The notes under the pieces are model-generated. The model saw only the letters and a program-made list of their open reading frames with translations. It was not told where the DNA came from and searched no databases. From an uncultured Clostridia bacterium (GTDB lineage: Bacteria > Bacillota > Clostridia > TANB77 > CAG-508), in assembly GCA_963558405.1 (NCBI GenBank), contig CAUWGC010000008.1, forward strand, positions 20,418-84,417: 64,000 nucleotides of DNA, read 5' to 3'. The translations under genes and the position numbers were made by a program. Positions 43,593 through 55,392 of this stretch are shown piece by piece (position 1 is the first letter of the stretch; every line of letters begins with the position of its first letter).

Positions 43593-43916
43593 TTGAGAAA
43601 AAGAAGTATACAAAAAACATTTTGGTTAAATGAAAATGAGAATGAAAAATTAAAAAACAATGCCTTAAAAGTAGGATTATCAGAGAGTAGTTATATAAGA
43701 ACTCTTATTATGGGGTATAAACCAAAAGAACAACCAACAGAGATAATATATGAAATGATGAATCAAATAAGAGGAATAGGAACAAACTTAAATCAAATAG
43801 CAAGAAAGGCAAATGCACTAGGTATGGTTGATGCACCATATTATAAGAATGTTTATGAAAAAATTTGTAAACTAGAGAAAAGATTAAATGAAGAATTATT
43901 TGAGAATAGGAAGTAA
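43593..43916 (+). CDS. mobC: MobC relaxosome accessory protein (TTG start)
   Basis: GLSESSYIR, IRGIGTNLNQIARKAN. Confidence 0.9.
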   Translation: MRKRSIQKTFWLNENENEKLKNNALKVGLSESSYIRTLIMGYKPKEQPTEIIYEMMNQIRGIGTNLNQIARKANALGMVDAPYYKNVYEKICKLEKRLNEELFENRK

Positions 43917-43921
43917 TAACA

Positions 43922-45272
43922 ATAGCCACAACCAAAATATGGTGTATAAAGAAAAGATTAGATCACGTTATAAATTATGCAACTAATCCAAGTAAAACAA
44001 GTACAGAGTCATATAATGAATTGCATAATGTAATTGAATATGCAAAAGCCTCATATAAAACAGAAGAACAATTATATGTTACAGCAATAAATTGTTCAAA
44101 AGAATCGATTTATGAAGATATGATGAGAACAAAAGTAAGATATGGAAAAACGGACGGAATACTTCGGTTTTCACGCATTTCAATCATTTGCAAAAGGAGA
44201 AGTTACACCAGAACTTGCTCATAAAATCGGAATTGAACTTGCAAATGAATTATGGGGAGATAGATTTGAAGTTGTTGTTACAACACATTTGAATACAAAT
44301 TGCATACACAATCATTTTTGTTTGAATTCTGTATCATTTAAAGATGGAAAAAAATATTATGATAATCATACTAATTATGCGTTAATGAGAGAAACATCTG
44401 ATAGGATTTGCGAAGAAAATAATTTAAGTGTATTAAAAGAAAAGAAATGCCCTAAAAGTAATATTGAGTACGAAAAATTTTATAAAAATCAAGTCAAGAA
44501 ATTGAATTATTATGCCAAAATAAAAGATGATATAGATTATGCAATAGAGCAAGCATATTCTTTTACAGATTTTATTGGTATTATGAAGAAATTGAATTAT
44601 GAAATTGAAAATCGTTATGGAAAATTGAGTGTTCGACCAGAATATAGAAAGAGAAATATAAGAATCGAAAGAACTTTTGGAGAAGATTATACAATTAAAA
44701 ATATTGATAAAAGAATTTTTGAAACAGAAAGTGTTAGAGTTCCATTTCCAGAAGTTAGAACTTTAGAGGGAAGATATAAATATAATTCACGAAATAATAA
44801 AAAATTAAAAGCAAAAAGAAAAATAACAGGAATTAGAGCATTATATTTTCATTATTGTTATTTATTAAAAGTTTTTCCAAAAAAGAAAAAAGTTATTTCA
44901 AAAGAACTAAGAGAAGAAATAAATAAAATGGAAAAAATATCAAATGAGGCAAGGCTCTTGATTAGAACTGGTATTCAGACTACGCAAGAGCTTTTATCAT
45001 ATAAATCATCATCTATTATAAAGAAAAATGAGTTGAAAAGTAAAAGAGAATACTTATGGAAGAAAAAACAAAAAGCAACAACAGAAGAAGAAAAGCAAGA
45101 AATACAAAACAAGATAAATGAACTTGCAGTTGAAATTAAAAAATTAGCTAAGGAGCAAGAGCTAATTGAAGATATAGAAAATAGAATACCAAAAATTAAA
45201 GAAAACTTGCAAGAGATGGAACAAGGAGAAAAAACAAAAAATCAAAACAGAGAAAGGAGAGATAGAATTTGA
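43922..45272 (+). CDS. MobP-type relaxase (ATA start; CGG +1 shift at C44165)
   Basis: ATTKIWCIKKRLDHVINYATNPSKT; the shift restores GIL-GFHAFQSF; TTHLNTNCIHNHF HUH motif. Confidence 0.9.
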
Positions 45273-46102
45273 GTACATCAAGTGATTCAGCAGAACAATT
45301 AATAAGACTATATTTAGAAGGAACTGAATTTACTTTGAAAATAACGGGAAGTGCAGTTAAAAATATAGTTGCAGCTTTATATGCTATATCTAAAGACACA
45401 ACTAAAAGTAAAGGCAAAGCTAGATTAAGTAAAATGCTTAGAAGTGAGAAGGAATTAAAGATATTTTCAATAGAAAAAGAAGATATGAAAATTTTTGCAA
45501 AAGAGGCAAAAGGCTATGGAGTTCTTTATTGTGCTTTAAAAAGTAAAAGTGATCCTAATATTGATGGTGGAGTAGATATTTTAGTACGAGCAGAAGATGC
45601 ACCAAAAGTTAATAGAATTATAGAGAGATTTAAACTTACTACTACTGATAGAGCTAAAATAAAAAGTGAAATACAAAAAGAAATGGAAGAAAAACAAGAA
45701 CAGCCAAAAGATTTATCAGAAAATATACCAGATATAGGAGTAGAAAAAGAGGATATTGATGATATGATGGTAGATGACATTTTTAGCCAACCACCACAAA
45801 AAGAACAAAATTCAAACCCCTTGGAAAGCCAAACGGAAAAAAGCCCTCTGTCAGAGCTTTCCTCAACGAGCAAAATCCAATCCGATGGGGTAGCCAAACC
45901 TCTTGAGAAAAGATCAGTTAGAAAAGATTTAGAAAAGTATAAAGCAGAGGAAAGACTTGAAACGGAATTGAAAAAAGCTCAATTAGATAAAGATGTGAAT
46001 ATACAAAGTAAAAATCTAAATCCAATACAATCACAAGAGAAAGTACAAACAAAATCCATAGTACAAACACCTAATATAGTAAAAAAGGAGAGAGGAAAAT
46101 AA
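45269..46102 (+). CDS. PcfB/DUF3801 family protein (TTG start)
   Basis: FAKEAKGYGVLYC, ILVRAEDAPKVNRIIERF, KRSVRKDL. Confidence 0.8.
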   Translation: MSTSSDSAEQLIRLYLEGTEFTLKITGSAVKNIVAALYAISKDTTKSKGKARLSKMLRSEKELKIFSIEKEDMKIFAKEAKGYGVLYCALKSKSDPNIDGGVDILVRAEDAPKVNRIIERFKLTTTDRAKIKSEIQKEMEEKQEQPKDLSENIPDIGVEKEDIDDMMVDDIFSQPPQKEQNSNPLESQTEKSPLSELSSTSKIQSDGVAKPLEKRSVRKDLEKYKAEERLETELKKAQLDKDVNIQSKNLNPIQSQEKVQTKSIVQTPNIVKKERGK

Positions 46103-46105
46103 TAA

Positions 46106-46979
46106 ATGAATGAATTAAACGAAGTATATGCAAGTTATGATTCAAAAAATAGAGAATATAGCAAAGAAGAATATGCTGAATATAAGAGAAAAGAAAAAGA
46201 ACAGGTTTATCAAATGATAGATACAACGGCAGAACAAGTTGTAAAAGATGGAAATGTATTTCAAAAGTATTTGGATTCACAAAGTAAATTTGATAATTAT
46301 TCGGTAGGAAATGCTTTGCTAGTTACAGCACAAATGCCACAAGCAACACAATTAAGAGATTACGAAAGTTGGAAAAATGCTGGAGCATATTTAAAAAAGT
46401 TTCCTAAATTTGTAAAGATTTTAGAGCCACGGAGATAGTTATATGAGAGAAGATGGCTCAGTTGGAATAAATTATAATGTAAAGAAAGTATATGATATAA
46501 CAGAGGTTAATTTAAGGCAAAAAACAAGACAAATGAGATATGATGATAAAATTTTGTTAAGGGTATTATTAAATAGTAGTAGTTCAAAAGTGAAAATTGT
46601 TGATAATATACCAAACACAGACAAAGGAGCAAAGTACGATTTTAATGAAGATACACTATATATTGCAAGAGGAGCAGAGTCTCCTAAAATATTCTATGAA
46701 GTAACAGAAGAACTTGCAAAACAAGAAATTGGAGAAAGTTCTTCATTAGATAATTTTAAAAATTATTGTGTTTCATATATGTTATGTAAAAAATACAATA
46801 TAGATGTTTCAAATTATAATTTTAGTGAAATCCCAGAACAGTTACGAAATTTAGAGGCAAGAGAAATAAGAGAAGAACTTGAACCTTTAAGAAATGCTAT
46901 GGAAAGCATAAATTCTCGTATATCAGATTATATTCAAAAACTTACTAGAGATAGCAAAAGCAGAGATAAAGAAAGATAG
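46106..46979 (+). CDS. ArdC-like N-terminal ssDNA-binding domain protein; CGG +1 shift at C46430
   Basis: YSVGNALLVTAQMPQAT..YESW; the shift gives ILEP-GDSYMREDG..KVYDI. Confidence 0.7.
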
Positions 46980-46996
46980 TGGAGGTATAGTAATTA

Positions 46997-47194
46997 TTGG
47001 AAGAAAAAAGAATACTTGTCATAAACAAATATGAATATGGGCTAATTATAAATGCCTTAAATGAATATCGAACACAATTAATAAAAATGGGAAAATCAAC
47101 TGATTTTGTAAATGAAGTATTGCTAAAGTTGATAGATACTCCAATAAAAAGAAATTCCATTTTTAAAAGAGAAAAAGTAGGATTTGAAAGATAA
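46997..47194 (+). CDS. Small hypothetical ICE protein (TTG start)
   Basis: SD ggaggt; NKYEYGLIINALNEYRTQLIKMGKSTDFVNEVLLKL. Confidence 0.65.
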   Translation: MEEKRILVINKYEYGLIINALNEYRTQLIKMGKSTDFVNEVLLKLIDTPIKRNSIFKREKVGFER

Positions 47195-50100
47195 TATAAA
47201 AGCTAATGTTGTTTTTTATTGTTTTGGAATAATACCTGTTGTTTGGATTGCACTTTTAATAGCTCCATATATCGATGGAGGACTAATTGAAATAGTAAAA
47301 GAATTTGCAAATGTAATAAATAATCCATTTAGGATAACTTTTTGTGACAATAGCATAAAAGTTATCCTTTTTGCTTTGATAATTTATGCTTTAGGAATTG
47401 GAATGTATGAATCTACAAAGAAAAATTATCGTAGAAAAGAAGAACACGGCTCAGCCAAATGGGGAAATGCAAGAACTTTAAATAAAAAATATCAACAATA
47501 TCCAATAAGCGAAAATAAAATATTAACCCAAAATGTAAAAATAGGATTGAATGGAAAAAAACATAGAAGAAACTTAAATGTATTAGTATGTGGAGGAAGT
47601 GGTGCTGGTAAAACTAGATTTTATGCTAAACCTAATATTATGCAATGTAATTGCTCATTTGTAGCCCTAGATCCTAAACGGAGAGCTATTAAAAGATACA
47701 GGTTACTTGTTAGAGAAAAAAGGGTATGAAGTGCGTGTATTAGACCTTATAAATATGGAGAAAAGTCATTGCTATAATCCATTTGTATATTTGAAAGATG
47801 ATAATGATGTTCAAAAATTAGTAACAAATCTATTCAAAAGTACAACACCGAAAGGGTCACAAAGTTCAGACCCATTCTGGGGTGCGACCTGTTGCAGTTT
47901 GAAAAGAACTGCTTAAAACTTTAATTTAATATGTTTTAAAACTAATATTTCGATTGGTGGAATGATAGGGTAACGCCTTGAAACGCCACTTTAATACTCC
48001 GAATAGCGAAAATATTGTTAAGAATATTTTGGTTATAAGCTCGGTGAAGTCGGCAGAGAATTGCCCTAATGATTAAGAAATTAATCAAGGAAAGTGTCCT
48101 AGAGGTAGGATATGCAATCTATATGTCGGAAGTCTATAAAATACTCATGGTTAGAATTTTTGTTAAGACGGGCAAAATGACGAAGTTTCCGAATGTACAA
48201 GCCTAGAACGGGAGTTAGTCGAAAGGCTATAATCATTTTAATATGATGTTTGTGAGGTGGAGTAAGGTTCCCAGAGATGAAACACCTTATATTATTACAG
48301 GTAATATCAAGCAAACAGGCTTATAGGAACGACCTAAAAGTATATATGTAAAGATAGAAATATTGGAACAGGGAAAGCTAACAATACTGAGGGCTTAACA
48401 CCTATGAAGTAGTTGTAGGGAATAAATAACTTACATTAATGTTAGTGAGAGTAGTGGCACAGTATCTATGAAACTCTGATAATAAGGAGTGGAGGGATAG
48501 CCACAAGTCAAAAATAATTAATTTATACAAAATTTACAAATTTTAGAAAGGAGTTCTAAAACATAAGGTTCTTGTAAGACTAATAGAGGCAATAAATCTT
48601 AGAAATAGGAGGAAAAGCCGACTTATGACAATTAAAAATCAAAAGTTCAAAAAGAAAAAGCATTTAAGAAATAACGAATATTATAATTTGCAAAATGAAT
48701 TTGATAAACTTTATGAACAAAGTAAAAACGGAAAAAAGTTTAAAAATTTACTAGAACTAATTGAAAGTGAAGAAAATATACAACTTGCTTACAGAAATAT
48801 AAAGAAAAACAAAGGGAGTAAAACAGCAGGAACTAACAACAATACAATTATTGCTATTGGAAAGATAAAAACAAATAATCTTGTCCAATATGTTAGAAAT
48901 AGACTTGCAGATTACAAACCTCAAACTGTAAGGAGAGTTGAAATACCAAAACCAAATGGAAAAACTAGACCTTTAGGAATACCAACAATAGAGGACAGAC
49001 TTATACAACAATGTATAAAGCAAGTATTAGAGCCAATTTGTGAAGCAAAATTTCATAAAGACAATTATGGTTTTAGACCTAACAGAGGAACAAATCACGC
49101 AATAGCAATGGCAATGAGATTTGCAAATATAAACAAATTGTATCACGTTGTTGATATAGATATACACGGATTTTTTGATAATGTTGACCATTCAAAATTG
49201 TTAAAACAAATATGGAGTATGGGAATACAAGACAAAAATCTTATATGTATTATATCAAAAATGTTAAAAGCAGAAATCAAAGGAGTAGGTATTCCAACAA
49301 AAGGAGTTCCACAAGGTCGGAATATTAAGTCCATTGTTGGCTAATATAGTTTTAAATGAGCTTGATTGGTGGGTTTCAAATCAATGGTACACAAAGAAAT
49401 TAAATGGTGACTATTGTAAAGATTGGAGAAGAATATCATTAAATAAGTCAAACTTAAAACAAGTTATGATAGTTAGATATGCAGATGATTTTAAATTGTT
49501 TTGCAAAACTCACGAACAAGCAGTAAAAATGTATTATGCAACAAAACAATGGTTAAAAGAAAGATTAAAACTTGATGTTAGTGAAGAAAAGACAAAAATA
49601 GTAAATTTAAAAACTGAATACTCTGAATTTTTAGGCTTTAAATTAAAAGTTTATAAAAAGGGGACTCGTTGGGTTGTTAAATCCCATATTTGCGATAAAT
49701 CGAAAAAGAAAATAAAAGCAAATATTAAATCAGCAATAAAAGAATTAGGAAAACATAAGGATAAGCCTAGTGCATTAAAATTAAATTCTGTAATACTAGG
49801 AATACATCAATATTATAGAATAGCAACAAATGTATATATAGATTTTGAAAAAATTGCCTATGGACTTACAAAGAGCCTTAAATGTAGAACAAAAACATTC
49901 GCAGGAAACAAAGGTGGAAAAAGCAAAGCATTCATAAAATTTTATGGAGGTTATAGTGGAAAAACAATATATATAAAAGGAGTAGCAATATTTCCTATAC
50001 ATTATGTTAGTACAAAACCACCATTATGCTTTTCACAAGATATGTGTAACTATACTCCACAAGGTAGAACTAAAATACACAACAATTTAAAGAAAATAGA

Positions 50101-51678
50101 CAAATATATTTTGATATATATAATGCGAAATCCAATAACAAATGCAAGTGAAGAATTTAATGACAATAGAATTTCATTATATGTAGCACAAAATGGAAAA
50201 TGTGCAATTTCAGGAAAACCCCTACAAATTGGAGATATGGAAGTGCATCATAAAATTATGAAACAAAAAGGAGGAACAGATAAATATCAAAATTTGATAT
50301 TTATAACTAAAAACATTCATAAATTAGTACACATAACCGACAGCGATAAAATAAATGAATATTTGCAAAACGAAAACCTAAATGCAGAGCAAATGCAAAA
50401 ACTTAATGAACTAAGAGAATTAGTTGGAAATTGTAAATTAGTATAATAATTATTTTTGATGGAACGCCGTATGAAATGAAAATTTCACGTACGGTGTGGA
50501 GCAGGGGAAAATCTGGAGATAATATCAAAGGATTACCTATTGCTATATGTGTCAGCAAGTATGCTACTTTTGGCACTCATATTTTATTTGAAATATGAAG
50601 CACCAGAAGATGAACAAAACTTTCCTATGGTTATGGAAATGCTACGAGCTGGAGAAGTACACGAAGACGATGATTACTATGTAAGTCCATTAGATAAGTT
50701 GTTTAATAACCTAGAACATACAAATCCCTATCATATAGCTGTTAAATATTATAGAGATTATCACTCAGGCTCAGCTAAAACTTTGAAATCAATTCAAATA
50801 ACTTTAGCAGCAAGATTAGAGAAATTTAATTTAAGTAGTTTATCAAATTTAGTAGTTAATGATGAGTTAGACCTACCAAGTTTAGGAGAAAAGAAAGTAG
50901 CATTATTTGCTTTAATACCAGACAATGATACAAGTTTTAATTTTATAGTTTCAATATTATATACTCAATTATTTCAACAGCTTTTCTATATAGCAGACCA
51001 TAAATATAATGGTAGTTTGCCTATGCACGTTCACTTTGTAATGGACGAGTTTGCGAATGTAAGTTTGCCTAATGACTTTGATAAAATTTTAAGTGTAATG
51101 AGGTCAAGGTCAGTTTCAGTAAGCATCATACTTCAAAATCTTGCACAATTAAAAGCATTATTTGAAAAACAATGGGAAAGTATAGTTGGAAATTGTGATG
51201 AGTTGCTATATTTGCGGACGGAAATGAGCAAAGCACTCATAAGTATGTTAGTGAATTATTAGGAAAAGAAACTATTGATATGAATACTTATGGTAAGAGT
51301 TCTGGTAGAAGTGGCAACTATTCAACAAATTATCAAATAGGTGGTAGAGAGCTTATGACTCCAGATGAAGTGCGATTACTTGATAACAAGTACGCACTTC
51401 TTTTCATTAGAGGAGAAAGACCAGTTATGGATTTGAAATACGATATTTTAAAACACCCTAATGTGGAATATAGTACAGATGGTAAAGGTAAGCCTTATAT
51501 ACACGGTGGAACAGAAAAAGCAAGAGCAACAATAGCTTTAAATGAAGAACTACAAAATAGTAAATATGTCGATATTCAAGAATTAGAAGAATTAAAAGAG
51601 ATAGAAAGACTCGGAAAAAATTATGAAATATTAACAGAAGAAGAAGTTGAAGAAATGATTTTAAAAGGAGGATTTTAA
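47184..51678 (+). CDS. virD4: VirD4/TraG coupling protein; needs three CGG +1 shifts (47679, 51215, 51219) and splicing of intron 47882-50546
   Basis: HGSAKWG, GGSGAGKTRFYAKPN, DPK-GELL, DPFW-D|VSASMLL, MDEFANV, YL-G-GNEQSTHKYVSELLGKETI, RELMTPDEVR. Confidence 0.92.
47882..50546 (+). mobile_element. Group II intron 2, inserted in virD4
   Basis: 5' GTGCG; domain V ggaacgccgtatgaaatgaaaatttcacgtacggtgtg; 3' ...cctattgctAT; G|AT restores the Asp of DPFWD. Confidence 0.93.
48625..50446 (+). CDS. ltrA: Group II intron RT/maturase/HNH; CGG +1 shift at C49318
   Basis: RPLGIPTIEDR, YGFRPNR, restored PQG-GILSPLLAN, RYADD, EVHHK..GGTDKYQNL..H. Confidence 0.93.
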
Positions 51679-51683
51679 GATTT

Positions 51684-52013
51684 ATGAGAAATAAAATAAA
51701 TAAAGAAGTTGCAATGAAAATATTAAAAAGAAGCGGTATAGTTTTAATGGTTGCAGTAGCAGTATTTGTAGGACAAACTACTAATGTTTTTGCTGATGAT
51801 GACCCATTAACTGTAATAAACAATTTATCAAACTTTATTTTTGGATTAATTAGAGCAGTAGGAATGATTATACTTGGCTTTGGTGTAGTACAAATTGGTA
51901 TGTCATTAAAATCACACGACCCATCACAAAGAGCTAATGGGATTATGACTTTAGCAGGTGGAGTTGTAATAACATTTGCAAAGGAAATTTTGAGTTTAAT
52001 AACAGGTGGATAA
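51684..52013 (+). CDS. Maff2-like/VirB2-like conjugation membrane protein
   Basis: SLKSHDPSQRANG flanked by TMs, immediately after virD4. Confidence 0.75.
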   Translation: MRNKINKEVAMKILKRSGIVLMVAVAVFVGQTTNVFADDDPLTVINNLSNFIFGLIRAVGMIILGFGVVQIGMSLKSHDPSQRANGIMTLAGGVVITFAKEILSLITGG

Positions 52014-52085
52014 AAGATATGGTAAGGCGAGTATCAAAAAATATAGATATTCGCCTTATTTCAGTTTAGGAGATGATAAATAAAA

Positions 52086-52652
52086 TTGAAGAAATATAAC
52101 ATAATTTATGCAGACCCACCTTGGCAATACAAAGTGTATTCAAAAAAAGGACAAGGTCGTTCAGCAGAAAGCCACTATGCCACAATGAGTATAGAAGATA
52201 TATGCAAATTGCCAGTAGATAAAATATCGGAAGAAAATTGTGTACTTTTTATGTGGATGACATTTCCAACATTAAAAGAGGGATTAAAAGTAATAGAAGA
52301 ATGGGGCTTTAAATATAAAACAGTAGCTTTTGTATGGATAAAACGAAACAAAAAAACACCATCATTATTTTGGGGTATGGGATTTTGGACAAGAGCGAAT
52401 GCAGAAATATGTATATTAGCAACAAAAGGAAATCCAAAAAGAATTTCAGCAAAAGTCCATCAAGTAATAATATCTCCAATAGAAGAACATAGCAAGAAAC
52501 CAGATGAGGCAAGAAAAAGAATAGTGGATTTAGTAGGAGATTTAAACAGAATAGAGCTTTTTGCAAGACAAAAAACAGACGGATGGGACTGTTGGGGGAA
52601 CGAAGTAGAATGCGATATAGACTTGTTAAAATATGGAGATGATAGCGAGTGA
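52086..52652 (+). CDS. MT-A70 family adenine methyltransferase (TTG start)
   Basis: IIYADPPW, LFMW, GFWTRANAE, HSKKP, RIELFAR..GWDCWGNE. Confidence 0.92.
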   Translation: MKKYNIIYADPPWQYKVYSKKGQGRSAESHYATMSIEDICKLPVDKISEENCVLFMWMTFPTLKEGLKVIEEWGFKYKTVAFVWIKRNKKTPSLFWGMGFWTRANAEICILATKGNPKRISAKVHQVIISPIEEHSKKPDEARKRIVDLVGDLNRIELFARQKTDGWDCWGNEVECDIDLLKYGDDSE

Positions 52653-52948
52653 AAAAATTAAAAAAGTTAGAGGTAATAGTAGAAGAAATATTACGAAATG
52701 ATGAATTATCAAGAAAAGATGATTGTTATTTGATTTTACAAGTTGTAAGAAGATTATATCCTTATGATGTGGGAGAAAAGTTTGAAACTGTAATGTTTAA
52801 TGCAAAAAATAAAGGAATAAGTTTTGAAAGCATTACAAGGATTCGTAGAAAATTACAAGAGAAAAATCCAGAATTAAAAGATGAAGAAACAGCAAAAAAG
52901 AGAAACATTATACAAAATGAATATATTAAATATTCAAAACAAAATTAG
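52649..52948 (+). CDS. Hypothetical protein (GTG start)
   Basis: 99 aa, SFESITRIRRKLQ; coupled to the methyltransferase. Confidence 0.65.
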   Translation: MKKLKKLEVIVEEILRNDELSRKDDCYLILQVVRRLYPYDVGEKFETVMFNAKNKGISFESITRIRRKLQEKNPELKDEETAKKRNIIQNEYIKYSKQN

Positions 52949-52961
52949 GAGGTGGGAATAA

Positions 52962-53795
52962 TTGTCAAACTGGGTAGTAGGAAATTTACAAAATGCAATA
53001 GATACTTGGAATGATAAATTAAGTGAAATATGGACACTTGTTACACAATCTCCAACAGAATTTAGAGGAGGAGCTATTTGGAATGTTATTGTTAATATAA
53101 ATGGAGCAGTACAAGCAATAGCCTTAGCATTACTTGTATTATTTTTTGTAGTAGGGGTAATGAAAACCTGTGGGTCATTTGCAGAAGTAAAAAAGCCAGA
53201 ACACGCTCTAAAACTTTTTATTCGTTTTGCCATGGCAAAGGGATTAGTAACTTATGGACTAGAGTTACTAATGGCAGTATTCAGAATAGTCCAAGGATTA
53301 GTAACAACAATAATGAATTCAGCTGGATTTGGAGGAGCATCACAAACAGTTTTACCTAGTGAAATAATATCAGCAGTAGAGTCTTGTGGTTTTTTTGAAA
53401 GCATACCATTATGGGCTATAACAATAATTGGAGGTTGCTTTGTTACAGTATTATCATTTGTTATGATTCTTTCTGTTTATGGAAGATTTTTTAAAATATA
53501 TTTATATACGGCAATAGCTCCCATACCATTATCGACTTTTGCAGGAGAGCCAAGTCAACAAATAGGAAAAAGCTTTATCAAAAGCTATTCAGCAGTATGT
53601 TTAGAGGGTGCAATCATAATACTAGCTTGTGTTATATTTTCACTTTTTGCATCAAGTCCACCAGAAGTTGATACAAGTGCAGCGGTGGCAACAATGGTGT
53701 GGAAATATATAGGAGAGCTAATCTTTAATATGTTAGTTTTAGTTGGAACGGTCAAAGCATCTGATCGTGTAGTAAGAGAAATGATGGGATTATAG
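52962..53795 (+). CDS. VirB6-like conjugation membrane protein (TTG start)
   Basis: Multi-TM, VYGRFFKIYLYTAIAPIPLSTFAGE. Confidence 0.8.
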   Translation: MSNWVVGNLQNAIDTWNDKLSEIWTLVTQSPTEFRGGAIWNVIVNINGAVQAIALALLVLFFVVGVMKTCGSFAEVKKPEHALKLFIRFAMAKGLVTYGLELLMAVFRIVQGLVTTIMNSAGFGGASQTVLPSEIISAVESCGFFESIPLWAITIIGGCFVTVLSFVMILSVYGRFFKIYLYTAIAPIPLSTFAGEPSQQIGKSFIKSYSAVCLEGAIIILACVIFSLFASSPPEVDTSAAVATMVWKYIGELIFNMLVLVGTVKASDRVVREMMGL

Positions 53796-53811
53796 AAAAG
53801 AGGAAAAGAAT

Positions 53812-54108
53812 ATGAGTCTTTTACAAGATTATGAAATAGCAAGAAAACAAATCGGAAACAAAAAATATGATGCAATAGAGGTATATTTAAACGAGATATG
53901 TCCAGAAGATAATTGGAAACAATACAAAGCAGAGTTAAAAAAGATTAACCATTTAGAAATTAATGAATGGGAAAAAGAAAAGAAAAAATTAGAAGAAAAA
54001 TTCGGTATAGTTTGGTTAGATGACATCTTATATAAAGAAGAAGGATGGAATAAATTTGAAGATTGGTACAAGCAATATAATAAAAAAACGAAAAGTAGGG
54101 AAAGGTAG
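53812..54108 (+). CDS. Hypothetical protein
   Basis: 98-aa ORF ending KSRER like other ICE proteins. Confidence 0.65.
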   Translation: MSLLQDYEIARKQIGNKKYDAIEVYLNEICPEDNWKQYKAELKKINHLEINEWEKEKKKLEEKFGIVWLDDILYKEEGWNKFEDWYKQYNKKTKSRER

Positions 54109-54118
54109 AAAGTTAAAA

Positions 54119-54958
54119 ATGTCAGAAAATCAAATAGCTAGTGTTTGGTATATTGATGGGAATAATTTAAAACATTCAAATAAAGTTATTGTAAGGCTAA
54201 ACTATAATGGTTTAGATATTGCGGTATTAAAAGAAGATTTGAATTATAATTATCAAGAATTTTTAATAAAAGATAGTAACAATGAATATTGGGCATTAGG
54301 AATTGCTCCTATTAAATTTAAAAATTTTGAAACAGTAATGAATAATCCTTTAGCTGAAGAAAAAACTTATTGTGATGATATTTTAAAAGCATATAAAGCT
54401 AATATTTTTAAGAGTTTTTTTGATAATAAAATTAAAAATGGAAAATGGTTCAACAAATGTGAACTTGAATATATTTATAGATATTATCCAGAAATATACG
54501 ATAATGCTAAAAACTGTAGAGAACAAATAGTTATACAAAGAGATAAAGAAAAACAAGCAGAAGAACAAAAAAGAATACAACATAAAAAGGAAGAAGTTGA
54601 AAAAACTAATACCATTTTTAGAAAGCAATTAAAAGAAATGAAATATAAGATTTTTATAGGCGAAGATGTACCAATAGATGAGTTTGAATTTTATAAAGAT
54701 GATAAATATGAGAATGGAAAAACAATACAAAATTCTATTTTATATTTAGCAAAAGAATATGGGATAAAAATACCTTTGGCAACGCAGGGATTTATAAATA
54801 ATAGACTTGTGAACTACAATTTTAGAACAGGCGAATTTGCTTATAAATTAACCAACAATAAAAAAGCAAGTGTCAAAATGCACGAATATTTAAGACAAAT
54901 ATTTGAAAAAGTTAAAGAAGAATATAAACAATTAAAAAAGGAAAGAGAGGCAAGATAA
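54119..54958 (+). CDS. Hypothetical protein
   Basis: ORF 54020-54958; ATG 54119 avoids overlap with the upstream gene. Confidence 0.65.
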   Translation: MSENQIASVWYIDGNNLKHSNKVIVRLNYNGLDIAVLKEDLNYNYQEFLIKDSNNEYWALGIAPIKFKNFETVMNNPLAEEKTYCDDILKAYKANIFKSFFDNKIKNGKWFNKCELEYIYRYYPEIYDNAKNCREQIVIQRDKEKQAEEQKRIQHKKEEVEKTNTIFRKQLKEMKYKIFIGEDVPIDEFEFYKDDKYENGKTIQNSILYLAKEYGIKIPLATQGFINNRLVNYNFRTGEFAYKLTNNKKASVKMHEYLRQIFEKVKEEYKQLKKEREAR

Positions 54959-55390
54959 TTGGAAGTTAAAATAAATAGAGAAATAAGAGAATACACAGAA
55001 AGCATATTTTTTGGACTGTCTATGAGGCAGTTCATTTTTTCTTGTCTAGCTTGTGCGGTAGCTGTATTACTATATTTTATTTTAAAACCTTATTTTGGAA
55101 TTGAAACATTATCTTGGGTATGTATATTAGGAGCAGTACCATTTGCAGTATTAGGTTTTATAACATATAACGGTATGACAGCAGAAAAATTTATTTTTGC
55201 GTGGATTAAATCGGAGGTATTGTTGCCTAAAAAGTTAATGTTCAAGCCAACAAATTTATATAATGAGATGTTAAAAGATATAGAAAATAATAAAAATATT
55301 GAAAATAAGAATAAGAATAAACATAAGGTAAAAAGAACAAGAAAAAAGAAAAAAGAAAAGAGAGAAAATAGAAAAGGGGGAAACAAATAA
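54959..55390 (+). CDS. prgI: PrgI family (VirB3-like) protein (TTG start)
   Basis: EIREYTESIFFGLSMRQ, two TMs, YNGMTAEKF. Confidence 0.88.
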   Translation: MEVKINREIREYTESIFFGLSMRQFIFSCLACAVAVLLYFILKPYFGIETLSWVCILGAVPFAVLGFITYNGMTAEKFIFAWIKSEVLLPKKLMFKPTNLYNEMLKDIENNKNIENKNKNKHKVKRTRKKKKEKRENRKGGNK

Positions 55391-55392
55391 TA

